From Alphaproteobacteria bacterium (GTDB lineage Bacteria > Pseudomonadota > Alphaproteobacteria > CALKHQ01): DNA of 64,000 bases. The DNA is taken from contig CBDDFZ010000001.1 in the NCBI GenBank assembly GCA_965227515.1, positions 1,920,001 to 1,984,000 of the forward strand, given 5' to 3'. Each line of letters starts with the position of its first letter. Position 1 is the first letter of the stretch. The notes under the pieces were generated by a model that was not told the DNA's origin, searched no databases, and saw only the letters and a program-made list of their open reading frames with translations. Shown here piece by piece: positions 41,568-51,903 of this stretch. Made by a program: the position numbers and the translations under genes.

Positions 41568-41660
41568 CTACTTCTTCGGGCCGCCCTGCTGCTGGCCAGG
41601 CTTGGCGGGCGCGCCGCCCTTCTGGCCCTTGTTTGCTGCACCAGGTTTGCTGTTCGGCAT
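41568..41660 (-). CDS. candidate 30-aa K/G/P/Q-rich peptide
   Basis: MPNSKPGAANKGQKGGAPAKPGQQQGGPKK; GGAG RBS, AT-rich upstream tract, terminator downstream. Confidence 0.55.
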   Translation of the reverse strand: MPNSKPGAANKGQKGGAPAKPGQQQGGPKK

Positions 41661-41815
41661 TTGCGTTTGCTCCAATGGTCGGCGACCAATTCGCCAACCA
41701 ATTTTCACATGGTCTGCTTGAGGCGGAACGCAATCACCGCCAGAAAATATTTTTTTGTTTTGCGCATCCAAGTAGATCGCGGCCAACAACTTGGCCCGCC
41801 CGATCCGGCGCCAGG

Positions 41816-43078
41816 TTAGGTGGTGAGCCGTTCGGAGGGCTGCCACTGGAAGCCGGCGGTGTCCGGCAGCCCCTTCAGAGGCTCCAGATCGAGGGCGCGC
41901 CAATACCCGGGGCCGGGCGTTGCCATATCTCGCACCGACTGGTCGGCCAGGATGGTGCCGGCTTCCGCCCGCGCGGCCAGGCGCGAGGCGCGATTGACCG
42001 TGGTGCCGAAGATGTCGCCATCGCGGGACAGCACCGGTCCCGCCGCCAAACCGACGTGAACCGGCAGCAGTCCGGCCTGTGGCGCCGCCGCAACGATGGC
42101 GATTGCCGCGCCCAATGCCGCGGTGGGCGTCGGGAAATGGATCAGCAGGCCATCGCCGAGCGACTTGACGATTCGGCCATGCGTGCCGCTGAGGCACCCG
42201 AGCACGAGTTCTTCGAATGCGGTGGACAGCTCCATCGCCGCAGCATCCCCGGCGCGCCGCACATAGTCGGTGTATCCGGACATATCCGCAAAGGCTATCG
42301 CCTGGACATGCGCGTGCTGCGCCGGGACGAAGTCCAACGCCGACAGCCCCGCATGCAGCCGGATCGCCACATTCTCGAACACCAATTCCTCCAGCATGCG
42401 GCGAAACAGCAGGTTCGAGACCTCGAAACCGGCGGCCTGCAGCGACTTGCGACGGGCCGCCGTCTCCATCAGCAGGGCCTGCAGCGGCAGGTTCTTCTCC
42501 GACAGCGGCAACTCGACCTCGTAGCGAAACAGATCGCGCTGGGCTTCGACGATGCGGCGCAGGGAGCTTCCATAGACGCGCATGATGCGGCGCTGCGCGC
42601 GCCGCGACAGGCCACCTGCATCCACCGCCTTCACGATCTCCAGCAGGCGCTCGTCCTCCTGCCGTGCCGTGCGCGCCAGGTCCAGGTACGGCAGACCGGC
42701 GGCGCTGAACATCGCGGTGGCGTGTTCGGTATCCAGATCGAGTTCGGCCAGGACTTCGGCATAGGTGCGTGTCGACATGGCCGCCGGCGCGGCCATCATG
42801 TTCAACGCAAACGAGAACGAGAAGATGCCGGCGGCCACGGCCTTTGCCATCTGGTCGGCGGACAGGCCGCCGTACTCGAGGCTCTCGATCAGCCTGATGA
42901 CGGTCACCCCGCCGTCATTCAACCACGCAGGCTCGATCAGCTTGAGGTCGAGATAGCGCCTGACCTGCTCTGGTTTGCAGCCGGCCAACGCCGCCATCGC
43001 GACAACCGCGCTCGCTGTCACGCCGTCCTGCGGGCGTGCCGGCACAGGATCGTCTTCGTTGGCGGCGACGGTGGACAT
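41816..43078 (-). CDS. class III adenylate cyclase with N-terminal regulatory region
   Basis: FADMSGYT, VKSLGDG, GDIFG.TVN.ASR: both metal Asp, adenine-specifying K/D, and N/R present. Confidence 0.88.
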   Translation of the reverse strand: MSTVAANEDDPVPARPQDGVTASAVVAMAALAGCKPEQVRRYLDLKLIEPAWLNDGGVTVIRLIESLEYGGLSADQMAKAVAAGIFSFSFALNMMAAPAAMSTRTYAEVLAELDLDTEHATAMFSAAGLPYLDLARTARQEDERLLEIVKAVDAGGLSRRAQRRIMRVYGSSLRRIVEAQRDLFRYEVELPLSEKNLPLQALLMETAARRKSLQAAGFEVSNLLFRRMLEELVFENVAIRLHAGLSALDFVPAQHAHVQAIAFADMSGYTDYVRRAGDAAAMELSTAFEELVLGCLSGTHGRIVKSLGDGLLIHFPTPTAALGAAIAIVAAAPQAGLLPVHVGLAAGPVLSRDGDIFGTTVNRASRLAARAEAGTILADQSVRDMATPGPGYWRALDLEPLKGLPDTAGFQWQPSERLTT

Positions 43079-43176
43079 GCACCACTCTCGGGCCGGCGTT
43101 CGGCCGTGACGATTCGGTCAACGTTCCGGCAATTGGTGTGCCGAATGCCGGGGGGCAAGTCGGCACGAACTATGCG

Positions 43177-44595
43177 TCAGGCGCGCCGCAACGGCACCGC
43201 GCCATTGGCCTCGACCTCGGAAACGTCGGGCCCGATGCCGAGCAGGATCGACTTGATGTCCCGGGTCATCATGGTCTGGGCGCTGAGGTTGGCGTGGTGG
43301 ATGGTGTTCTCCATCTCGCCGGGCCAGAGCCCGCGCACGTGCGCGTCCTTCGGGTCGACCGAGATCTTCATGTCGTGCAGCAGGTCGCGCAGGGTCGCCT
43401 CGCTCAGGTCGCGGCACAGCACCCACTTGTCGCGGCCCGCCTTGGTCACGTAGCCCGCGTTCCGCAGCCGCTGCAGCACCGGCTCCACCTCGCCGGGCGC
43501 CAGCATCGCGCGCCGCTCCAGCCGAAAGCGCTTCATCGGCTTGCCGACCTTGGCCGCGCGCAACAGGACCGACAGCACCGCCGTCGCCGAGCGCAGGATG
43601 CGGGTCGGGTTGGTCTCCAGCATGGTCGAATCGCCGATGGCCACCCGCCAGTTGCCCAGCGACGAGGCGATGCAGGCGCCGATCAGGATCACCACCCAGG
43701 CGAAGTACGTCCACATCAGCAGCAGCGGCAGGATGAAGATCGTCGAGTAGATCGTCTCGTAGAGCTCGGGCTTGATCAGGTAGGCCGTGAAGGTCTCGCG
43801 CAGCAGCGCGAACGCCACGGCGGTGAAGACGCCGCCAATGAAGGCGTGCAGCCACGGCACGGTACAGTTCGGCAGGATCTTGTTGAGCAGCGTGAAGCCC
43901 GCGACCGACAGCACCGCCGGCATGATGTAGATGAGGGTCTCCACGAACCAGCCGCGGTCGACGTCCGGAATGACGATGGGCTCCATCGACTTCGCGCCGT
44001 CGGTCAGCATGGTGAAGGCATCGCTGGACAGCGACAGGCTGGCGCCCAGCAGCAGCGGGCCCAGGGTGATGACGGTCCAGCCGGTGAGGATGCGGATCGC
44101 CAGCGAGCGGGATTCGCCGACCCGCCACACCCGGTTGAAGGCGCTTTCGATGTTGATGACCAGCAGCACCGAGGTCACGGCCAGCGCAACCACGCCGACT
44201 GCGGGCAGGCCGCCGGTATTGCCGATGTAGTCGGCCACGTATTCTGAGACCTGGTTGCCGAATTCCGGCACGAAGTTCGCGAGCACGAACTCCTGCAGCT
44301 GCGCCTGCGCATCCTCGAACACCGCGAAACCGGTCAGGATGGTCACGGCGATCGCGATCAGCGGCACCAGGGCCAGCAGGAACGAGAACGCCAGCGAAGC
44401 CGCCGACGTGGTGCCGCCATCGTCGATGAAGCGGTTGGTCACGTAGACGACGAACATGCCCAGATTGCGCAGGCCACGCAGGGTGGCGGCCGCGAAGTTG
44501 CGCGGCTTCACGCCGTCCGCGTCGTCGACCGCGCCATCCGGGTCCAGGTCGTCCTGATCCAGTTCACCCGGGCCTTTGCCGGTAATGTCGCTCAT
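43177..44595 (-). CDS. YihY/BrkB family inner membrane protein with C-terminal winged-helix-like region
   Basis: AASLAF..LLALVP, IE.AFN.VW, LGPLL.GAS, W.Y..W...LIGA. Confidence 0.88.
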   Translation of the reverse strand: MSDITGKGPGELDQDDLDPDGAVDDADGVKPRNFAAATLRGLRNLGMFVVYVTNRFIDDGGTTSAASLAFSFLLALVPLIAIAVTILTGFAVFEDAQAQLQEFVLANFVPEFGNQVSEYVADYIGNTGGLPAVGVVALAVTSVLLVINIESAFNRVWRVGESRSLAIRILTGWTVITLGPLLLGASLSLSSDAFTMLTDGAKSMEPIVIPDVDRGWFVETLIYIMPAVLSVAGFTLLNKILPNCTVPWLHAFIGGVFTAVAFALLRETFTAYLIKPELYETIYSTIFILPLLLMWTYFAWVVILIGACIASSLGNWRVAIGDSTMLETNPTRILRSATAVLSVLLRAAKVGKPMKRFRLERRAMLAPGEVEPVLQRLRNAGYVTKAGRDKWVLCRDLSEATLRDLLHDMKISVDPKDAHVRGLWPGEMENTIHHANLSAQTMMTRDIKSILLGIGPDVSEVEANGAVPLRRA

Positions 44596-44785
44596 ATCGT
44601 GCTCTCGGTTTCGCGCTCCTGCACCCCGCGTCGCCAAGTATAGCGCAAAAGTGGATTATTTGCGGCAACCTCCGTTACGGGTGCCGCTGGGCTGTTGCTG
44701 CGGTGCTGCATTTGTGTAGATTCCGGCCACTTCGAGGCGCCCCGACATTGCGGACTCGGCGCCGGGCTTCAAAAAGGACGTGGCA

Positions 44786-45625
44786 ATGAGCGAAAGCACG
44801 GCGTTGATGGCTGGCAAGCGCGGCTTGATCATGGGGGTCGCGAACGACCGATCCATCGCCTGGGGCATCGCCAAGGCCGTCGCCGCCCATGGCGCGGAAC
44901 TCGCCTTCACCTACCAGGGCGAGGCGTTGGAGCGCCGGGTGCGCCCGCTGGCCGAGAGCCTGGGCGCGCCGGTGCTGCTGCCGTGCGACGTGACCGACGA
45001 GGCCAGCATGGACGCCCTGTTCGACAACCTGGCCGAGCGCTGGGGGCAGATCGACTTCGTCGTCCACGCCATCGCGTTCGCCGACAAGGAAGAGCTGAAG
45101 GGCGGCTATGTCGACACGTCGCTGAAGAACTTCCTGAATTCGATGCACATCTCCTGCTACTCGTTCACCGATGTCAGCCGCCGCGCCGCCAAGCTGATGC
45201 CCGAGGGCGGCAGCCTGCTGACCATGACCTACTACGGTGCCGAGCAGGTGATGCCGCACTACAACGTCATGGGCGTCGCCAAGGCGGCGCTGGAGGCCAG
45301 CGTGCGCTATCTCGCCGCCGACCTGGGGCCGAAGGCGATCCGCGTCAACGCGGTCTCGGCCGGGCCGATCAAGACGCTGGCGGCCTCCGGCATCGGCGAT
45401 TTCCGCACCATCCTGCGCTGGAACGAGCTGAACGCGCCGCTGCGCCGCAACGTCACCGTCGACGATGTCGGCGGGGCCGGGCTCTACCTGCTGTCCGACC
45501 TGGGGTCGGCGGTCACCGGCGAGGTCCATCACGTCGACTGCGGCTACCACACCGTCGGCATGATCGCGGTCGAGCAGGCCGAGGCCATCGCCGAACTGCT
45601 GAAGGCGCACGGCAAGGCGAGTTAA
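44786..45625 (+). CDS. fabI: enoyl-ACP reductase
   Basis: GVANDRSIAWGIA, YNVMGVAKAALE, SAGPIKTLAA. Confidence 0.97.
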   Translation: MSESTALMAGKRGLIMGVANDRSIAWGIAKAVAAHGAELAFTYQGEALERRVRPLAESLGAPVLLPCDVTDEASMDALFDNLAERWGQIDFVVHAIAFADKEELKGGYVDTSLKNFLNSMHISCYSFTDVSRRAAKLMPEGGSLLTMTYYGAEQVMPHYNVMGVAKAALEASVRYLAADLGPKAIRVNAVSAGPIKTLAASGIGDFRTILRWNELNAPLRRNVTVDDVGGAGLYLLSDLGSAVTGEVHHVDCGYHTVGMIAVEQAEAIAELLKAHGKAS

Positions 45626-45633
45626 GCTTTAAC

Positions 45634-45740
45634 ATTTCAGTCGGCACCGGCCCTCACCCCCACCCGGCCGCCCACTCAGGATACTACCGTTGGGTGGCCG
45701 GGTAGGGGTGAGGGCTGGCGCAGACTTCGGCGCGAGCATC
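45634..45740. repeat. intergenic palindromic repeat family A, copy 3 (inverted)
   Basis: Same stem as copies 1 and 2; between fabI and aroC. Confidence 0.85.
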
Positions 45741-45757
45741 GCACGAGGAATTTCGGC

Positions 45758-46861
45758 TTGTCAGCAAACGGCTTCGGCCACCTGTTTCGGTTCACCACCT
45801 GGGGCGAGAGCCACGGCCCTGCCATCGGCTGCGTGGTCGACGGCACCCCGCCCGGCGTGCCGCTGAGCGAGGCCGACATCCAGCACTGGCTGGACCGCCG
45901 CAAGCCGGGGCAGAGCCGGTTCACCACCCAGCGCCGCGAGGCTGACGAGGTGGCGATCCAGTCCGGCGTGTTCGAGGGGGTAACCACCGGCACGCCAATC
46001 GGGCTGGTGATCCACAACACCGACCAGCGCAGCCGCGACTATTCGGAGATCAAGGACCAGTTCCGGCCCGGCCACGCCGACTACACCTATCAGGCCAAAT
46101 ATGGCGTGCGGGACTATCGCGGCGGCGGCCGCTCGTCGGCGCGCGAGACCGCCATGCGGGTCGCGGCCGGCGGCATCGCCCGCAAGGCGCTGTCCCATCT
46201 GCTGGGCAAGGCGTTTTCGGTGCGCGGCGCGCTGGTGCAGGTCGGCCCGCACCGCATCGACCCGGCGCGCTGGGACTGGGCGGAAGTGGAGAACAACCCG
46301 TTCTGGTGCCCGGATGCCGAGATGGCGGCGCAATGGACCGATTTCCTGGATGACGTGCGCAAGGCGGGCTCGTCGGTGGGTGCGGTGATCGAGGTTCATG
46401 CCAGCGGCGTGCCGGTCGGGCTCGGCGCGCCGGTCTACGACAAGCTCGACGCCGACCTGGCCAAGGCGCTGATGAGCATCAACGCCGTGAAGGGCGTGGA
46501 AATCGGCGACGGATTTGCCACCGCCGCGCTGCGTGGCGAGGAGAACGCCGACGAGATGCTGCCGGGCAATGACGGCCATCCGGTGTTCCTGTCGAACCAC
46601 GCCGGCGGCATCCTGGGCGGCATCTCCACTGGCCAGAACATCGTTGCCCGCTTCGCGGTGAAGCCGACCAGCTCGATCCTGACGCCCCGCCGCTCGGTCG
46701 ACGTGTCGGGGGACGCGGTGGAGGTGCGGACGAAGGGGCGCCACGATCCCTGTGTCGGCATCCGTGGCGTGCCGGTGGGCGAGGCTATGGTCGCCTGCGT
46801 GGTGCTGGATCATCTGCTGCGCCATCGCGGCCAGTGCGGCATTCGTCACGACGATGACTAG
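45758..46861 (+). CDS. aroC: chorismate synthase
   Basis: [37 protein letters not shown]. Confidence 0.97.
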   Translation: MSANGFGHLFRFTTWGESHGPAIGCVVDGTPPGVPLSEADIQHWLDRRKPGQSRFTTQRREADEVAIQSGVFEGVTTGTPIGLVIHNTDQRSRDYSEIKDQFRPGHADYTYQAKYGVRDYRGGGRSSARETAMRVAAGGIARKALSHLLGKAFSVRGALVQVGPHRIDPARWDWAEVENNPFWCPDAEMAAQWTDFLDDVRKAGSSVGAVIEVHASGVPVGLGAPVYDKLDADLAKALMSINAVKGVEIGDGFATAALRGEENADEMLPGNDGHPVFLSNHAGGILGGISTGQNIVARFAVKPTSSILTPRRSVDVSGDAVEVRTKGRHDPCVGIRGVPVGEAMVACVVLDHLLRHRGQCGIRHDDD

Positions 46862-46866
46862 AGAAG

Positions 46867-48681
46867 ATGACTAGACAGGCCGCGCCGCACTACGTCCCGT
46901 CCGGCCAACGCCGTGGTTTCTGGCGGCGCCTGGGCCGGATCGTGGTGGTGGCGCTGGCGGTGTTCGGCGGCCTCTCGATCGTCGGCAATGGCATCGGCAT
47001 CTTCCTGCTGACGCGGATTTCGTCCACCGACGACCTACCCGACGGTGATCTGATCCTCACGGTCGACCTTGGCGCCGGGGTGGAGGAACTGCCGACCGCC
47101 GGTCCGTTCGGCCTGGGTGGGCCGACCGGCCTGTCGCTGCCGACCCTGGTGGCCACCCTGAACGACGCCGCGACCGACCCGCGCGTGGTCGCGGTGGCGG
47201 TCGACCTGGGCGGTGCGGCGCTGGGCCTGGGCACGGCCGAGGAACTGCGTCTGGCGCTTGGCGAGGTGCGGCTGGCCGGCAAGCCGGTCTACGCCTATGC
47301 CACCACGTTCGGCGCCATCGGCAACGGCACCGTGCCTTACTACCTCGCCAGCATCGCCGACGAGGTGTGGATGGCGCCCGCCGGCTCGGTCGGCCTGATC
47401 GGGCTGATGCTGGAGCAGCCATTCTTCGGCAATGCGGTGGACTGGCTGGGCCTGGAGGCCCGCGTCGTGCAGCGCGAGGCCTACAAGTCGGCGGCCGAGC
47501 CGATGACCCGGGACGGTTTCAGCCCGGCTGCGCGCGAGAGCCTGCAACGGCTGGTCGACAGCTTCATGGAGACCATCGTCGGCGCCATCGCGCACGACCG
47601 TGGCCTCGACCTGGATGTCGTGGCCAGCCTGGTCGACGACCCGCCGCAGGAGCCGGGACAGGCGATCTTCACCCGGCTGGTCGACGCACTGGGCTTCCGC
47701 GACCAGATGGACGCCGAGATCGCGGCGCAATTCCCCGCCGCCAGCACGGTCACATACGACGACTATCGCGCCAATCGGCCCGAGCACGAGACGGTTGCCA
47801 AGGTGGCGCTGGTGATGGCGGTCGGCCTCGTCGTCGACGACGGCGTCGGCGTGCCGCTGGACGAGCCGATGGTCACGCCGTCCACCGTCGGCCAGGCGCT
47901 GGTCGACGCGCTGGAGGACAACAGCATCCAGGCCGTCGTGCTGCGCATCGACAGCCCCGGCGGATCCTATCTCGCCTCCGACGCCATTTGGCGCCAGGTG
48001 GTGCGTCTGACCGAGGCCGGCAAGCCGGTGATCGCCAGCATGGGCGACGTGGCGGCGTCGGGCGGCTACTACATCGCGATGCCGGCCGACGAGATCGTGG
48101 CCCAGGCCGGCACCCTGACCGGCTCCATCGGCGTCATCGCCGGCAAGCCGGTGATCGACGAGATGACGGCGCGCATCGGCATCACCTGGGACCGGGTGAC
48201 GGTGGGCGAGAACGCGGCGATGTTCTCCTACGCGTCCGATTTCACCGAGGCGCAGTGGGACGCCTACAACGCCACCCTCGACCGCATCTACCAGGACTTC
48301 GTCGACAAGGCGGCGGCCGGCCGCGGCATGGAGCCCGACGAGATGCAGCAATATGCGCAGGGCCGGGTGTGGAGCGGGGCCGACGCGCTGGAGCGCGGCC
48401 TGGTCGACCGGATCGGCGGCTATGGCACCGCCTTCGATGCCGTGCGCGATCATCTCGGCCTGCCGCAGGACGCAGCACTGGAGGTGGTGACGTTGCCGGA
48501 GCAGCCCTCGGCCCTGGACATGCTGCTGGGCCTGTTGCAGGCACCGGCGCCCGGCGTCGTCACGGTGATGCCGTCGCCAAGCGTGGCGATCACGCTGCCT
48601 GCGCCGGCTGGCGCGCTGGTCGAAGCGCTGACGCCGCCGGTCGGCGTGCTGCAGCTGCCCTATTTCAGGATCGGCGGTTAG
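46867..48681 (+). CDS. sppA: signal peptide peptidase SppA (protease IV, two-domain)
   Basis: YYLAS.AD, YKSAAEP, RIDSPGG, AASGGYY, TLTGSIGV, GRVWSG. Confidence 0.92.
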   Translation: MTRQAAPHYVPSGQRRGFWRRLGRIVVVALAVFGGLSIVGNGIGIFLLTRISSTDDLPDGDLILTVDLGAGVEELPTAGPFGLGGPTGLSLPTLVATLNDAATDPRVVAVAVDLGGAALGLGTAEELRLALGEVRLAGKPVYAYATTFGAIGNGTVPYYLASIADEVWMAPAGSVGLIGLMLEQPFFGNAVDWLGLEARVVQREAYKSAAEPMTRDGFSPAARESLQRLVDSFMETIVGAIAHDRGLDLDVVASLVDDPPQEPGQAIFTRLVDALGFRDQMDAEIAAQFPAASTVTYDDYRANRPEHETVAKVALVMAVGLVVDDGVGVPLDEPMVTPSTVGQALVDALEDNSIQAVVLRIDSPGGSYLASDAIWRQVVRLTEAGKPVIASMGDVAASGGYYIAMPADEIVAQAGTLTGSIGVIAGKPVIDEMTARIGITWDRVTVGENAAMFSYASDFTEAQWDAYNATLDRIYQDFVDKAAAGRGMEPDEMQQYAQGRVWSGADALERGLVDRIGGYGTAFDAVRDHLGLPQDAALEVVTLPEQPSALDMLLGLLQAPAPGVVTVMPSPSVAITLPAPAGALVEALTPPVGVLQLPYFRIGG

Positions 48682-48793
48682 CGGCAGGTAGCGGCCAAGC
48701 GGCGGATTGTGCACAATCGCCGGTAGCGATATGCGGCCATGCGTGCCGCGATAACTCAATGAGAACGACAGCCCGTTGGGGAGGGAAACCACG

Positions 48794-49708
48794 ATGTTGA
48801 AGCAGATATTGATTGCTGCCGCCATGGCAGGCGTTGCGGCGCCGGCGATGGCGCAGGAGCGGGTGGCCATCGGCACCGGCGGCACCGGCGGCGTGTTCTA
48901 CGCGGTCGGCGCCGGCATGGCCGAGATCATCAACGAGCATCTGGACGGCGTGACCGCCAATGCCGAGGTGACCGGCGCGTCCATCGAGAACATCCGCCGC
49001 GTTTCCATGGGCGAGATGACCATCGGGTTTTCCAGCGCCTCGACGCTCTATGCCGGCGCGCAAGGCGAGGAGCCGTTCGACGAGGTGCAGAACGTCGCCG
49101 CCATCGCCTATCTCTATCCGGCGGTGCTGCAGATCGCGGCGTCCGACGGTGCCGGCGTGCTGTCGATCGAGGACCTGGCCAACGTCGCGGTCGGCATCGG
49201 CCCGCCCGGGTCGAACTCCTCGGTGATCTCCGAGCGGCTGCTCACCGCCTATGACGCGTTCAACATCGACAACGTGCAGTTCCTCTCCTACGGCGAGGCG
49301 ACGGCGGCGATCAAGGACGGCAATCTGGACGCGACCATGGTGCTGGCCGGCGTGCCGGCAGCGGCCCTGATCGAGCTGATGACGACCACCGAGTCCAGCC
49401 TGGTGGCGGTGGACCCCGACCGGGTGGCAGGCCTGCTGGAGGAATACTCGTTCTACCGCCTGGTCGACATTCCGGGGGGTATCTACGAGGGCGAGGACGA
49501 CGCTGTCGCGGCGTTGGGCGACCCGGCGATCCTGTTCGCGTCGTCGGAAGCCGACGAGGAGCTGATCTACAACATCACCAAGACGCTATTCGACAATCTG
49601 GAGGCCCTGGGTGCCGTGCACCCGGCGGCGGCGAAGATCACGGCGGAAGGCGCCCCCGACACGCCCATCGACCTGCACCCCGGCGCCGCGCGGTATTTCA
49701 ACGAGTAG
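48794..49708 (+). CDS. TAXI family TRAP transporter solute-binding protein
   Basis: Signal peptide, IGTGGTGGVFY, T.ASIEN, G.PGS, LHPGAARYF. Confidence 0.93.
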   Translation: MLKQILIAAAMAGVAAPAMAQERVAIGTGGTGGVFYAVGAGMAEIINEHLDGVTANAEVTGASIENIRRVSMGEMTIGFSSASTLYAGAQGEEPFDEVQNVAAIAYLYPAVLQIAASDGAGVLSIEDLANVAVGIGPPGSNSSVISERLLTAYDAFNIDNVQFLSYGEATAAIKDGNLDATMVLAGVPAAALIELMTTTESSLVAVDPDRVAGLLEEYSFYRLVDIPGGIYEGEDDAVAALGDPAILFASSEADEELIYNITKTLFDNLEALGAVHPAAAKITAEGAPDTPIDLHPGAARYFNE

Positions 49709-49744
49709 TCGCTTCGGCGCACGGCCAACAAGGTAGTCTCAATC

Positions 49745-49919
49745 GTCGCCCTCGCCCTTGTGGCGAGGGCCCATCCTTGGCCAACCTGCTGGCGCAGAAG
49801 CAAGCAGTTGAGGTGTCGATGGCCGGATGACCAGCCGACGCGCATCGCGCTGCGCAGCCTCGCCTGGCAACACAATGCGTGGCACAGCGATGGGCCCTCG
49901 CCACAAGGGCGAGGGCGAC
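49745..49919. repeat. inverted-repeat element family B, copy 2
   Basis: Perfect 30-bp inverted arms between the SBP and permease genes. Confidence 0.88.
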
Positions 49920-49947
49920 AAGGATTGTTGGGTTGCGGCAAGGCGCA

Positions 49948-51903
49948 ATGACACCCGATAGCAACAACACCGTGCCGCAAACCCACCTCCACGCCTTCGC
50001 CGCCAAGGCGCTGCCGGGCGCCACGGGCGGGCGGCGCGAGCGGGTGGCGGCGGCGCTGGCGGTTGCCGTGCTGTCGGTCGCGGTGTGTGTGCTGATCCTG
50101 TGGACCGCCTATTTCGGCGGCTTGACCGCCCTCCTGCTGCGCTCGCTGTTCTTCTCGCTGATGGCCGCCGCCGGGCTGGTGGTGATCGCCAGCCGGCAAC
50201 CGCAGGCGTGGCTGCGCGCCGCACTCTACCTGCTGGCGGCGGCAGCGCTGCTGCCCGGCCCCTACCTCTATTTCAACTACGTCGACATCATCCGCGGCGG
50301 CGCCATCGCCAACGGCATCGACCGCGCGCTGTTCGTGCTCTGCATCGTCGTCATCGTCGTGCTGTCGCGGGCCACCATCGGCTGGGTGATGGTCGGGCTG
50401 TCGGTGGTGGCGCTGGCCTACGCCTATTTCGGCGACCTCATCCCCGGTGCCTACGGCCATGGCGGCTACACCACAGGACGGCTGACCTCCAACCTGTTCC
50501 TGCGCACCGAGGGCATCTTCGGGCTGCCGATGGGGGTGGCGGCGCAATACATCTTGCTGTTCTCGCTGCTCGGCGGCATCCTGATCAAGTCGGGGCTGGG
50601 CCAGGTGTTCGTCGATCTGGCACACGCGCTGACCGGCCGCGTACAGGGCGGGCCGGGGCTGACCGCCGTGGTCTCGTCGACCATGTTCTCGTCGATCAAC
50701 GGGTCGGCGGTGGCCGGCGTCGTCACCACCGGCACCTTCACCATCCCGCTGATGAAGCGCACCGGCTACCGGCCGAAGGTGGCGGGCGCCATCGAGGCCG
50801 CGGCATCGTCGGCCGGCCAGATCATGCCGCCCGTAATGGGGGCCGCCGCCTTCCTGATGGCGGAGATGACCGGGATCGAATACGCCGAGGTGGCCGCCGC
50901 CGCCCTGATCCCGGCGTTCATGTACGTGTTCGCGGTGCTGGTGGCGGTGCGGCTGGAGGCGGGCAAGTTCAACCTGGCCCGCAGCGACCCCGCCGACGTG
51001 CCCTCGGTCTGGTCGGTGCTGCGCCAGCGCGGCTACATGCTGCTGCCGCTGGTCGCCCTGGTCGGCTTCCTGGTCTACGGCTACACGCCGGCCAAGTCGG
51101 CGGTGATCTGCGTGGTCGCCGCGCTCCTGATCTCGCCCTGGTCGAGGGCGACCCGCATCGGCCCGCGTGCGCTGGTCGAGGTGGCGGTCGACACCGTGCG
51201 CAACATCCTGCCGGTGCTGGCCGCCGTCGCCACCGCCGGCGTGCTGATCGGTGTGCTGACGCTGACCGGGCTGGCACTCCAGATCTCGTCGCTGATTCTG
51301 GCGGCGGGCGGCGACAGCCTGTTCCTGGTGCTGGTCTTCACCATGGTGGCGTCGTTCGTCTTGGGCCTCGGCATGCCGACATCGGCGGCCTACCTGCTGC
51401 TGGCGATCCTGGTCGCCCCGGCGCTGGAAGGCTTCGGCCTGCCGGTGATCGCCGCCCATATGTTCATCTTTTACTACGGGCTGCTGTCGGCGATCACGCC
51501 GCCGGTGGCTCTGGCCGCCTATGCCGGTGCGTCGATCGCCGGGTCGCGCCCGAACGAGACCGCGCTGGAGGCGATACGCCTCGGCTTCGTGAAGGTGATC
51601 GCGCCGTTCCTGTTCGTCTACGCGCCCGAACTGCTGTTGATCGGCTCGCCGCTGGAGATCGCGATTGCCGCCGCCGCCGCGTTCGCCGCGGTGTTCGCGC
51701 TGGGGGCTGCGATGACCGGGTGGATCGGCCGCCTGCTCTGTGTCGCGGAACGCGTGGCGCTGGTGGGGGCAGCGGTGCTATTGATTGCCCCACTGGCCGA
51801 CGCGCAAACCGAAGCGCTGTCGCTGGTTCTGAAGGCAGCGGGCGGCGCGATCCTTGCAGCCGTGCTCTGGCTCAGCATCAAAGGACGCACGCGTATTGTC
51901 TGA
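49948..51903 (+). CDS. TRAP transporter fused 4TM/12TM permease
   Basis: GIFG.P, GSAVA.V.TTG.FTIP.MK, GQIMPPVMGAAAF, LG.GMPT, ITPPVALAAY. Confidence 0.93.
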   Translation: MTPDSNNTVPQTHLHAFAAKALPGATGGRRERVAAALAVAVLSVAVCVLILWTAYFGGLTALLLRSLFFSLMAAAGLVVIASRQPQAWLRAALYLLAAAALLPGPYLYFNYVDIIRGGAIANGIDRALFVLCIVVIVVLSRATIGWVMVGLSVVALAYAYFGDLIPGAYGHGGYTTGRLTSNLFLRTEGIFGLPMGVAAQYILLFSLLGGILIKSGLGQVFVDLAHALTGRVQGGPGLTAVVSSTMFSSINGSAVAGVVTTGTFTIPLMKRTGYRPKVAGAIEAAASSAGQIMPPVMGAAAFLMAEMTGIEYAEVAAAALIPAFMYVFAVLVAVRLEAGKFNLARSDPADVPSVWSVLRQRGYMLLPLVALVGFLVYGYTPAKSAVICVVAALLISPWSRATRIGPRALVEVAVDTVRNILPVLAAVATAGVLIGVLTLTGLALQISSLILAAGGDSLFLVLVFTMVASFVLGLGMPTSAAYLLLAILVAPALEGFGLPVIAAHMFIFYYGLLSAITPPVALAAYAGASIAGSRPNETALEAIRLGFVKVIAPFLFVYAPELLLIGSPLEIAIAAAAAFAAVFALGAAMTGWIGRLLCVAERVALVGAAVLLIAPLADAQTEALSLVLKAAGGAILAAVLWLSIKGRTRIV

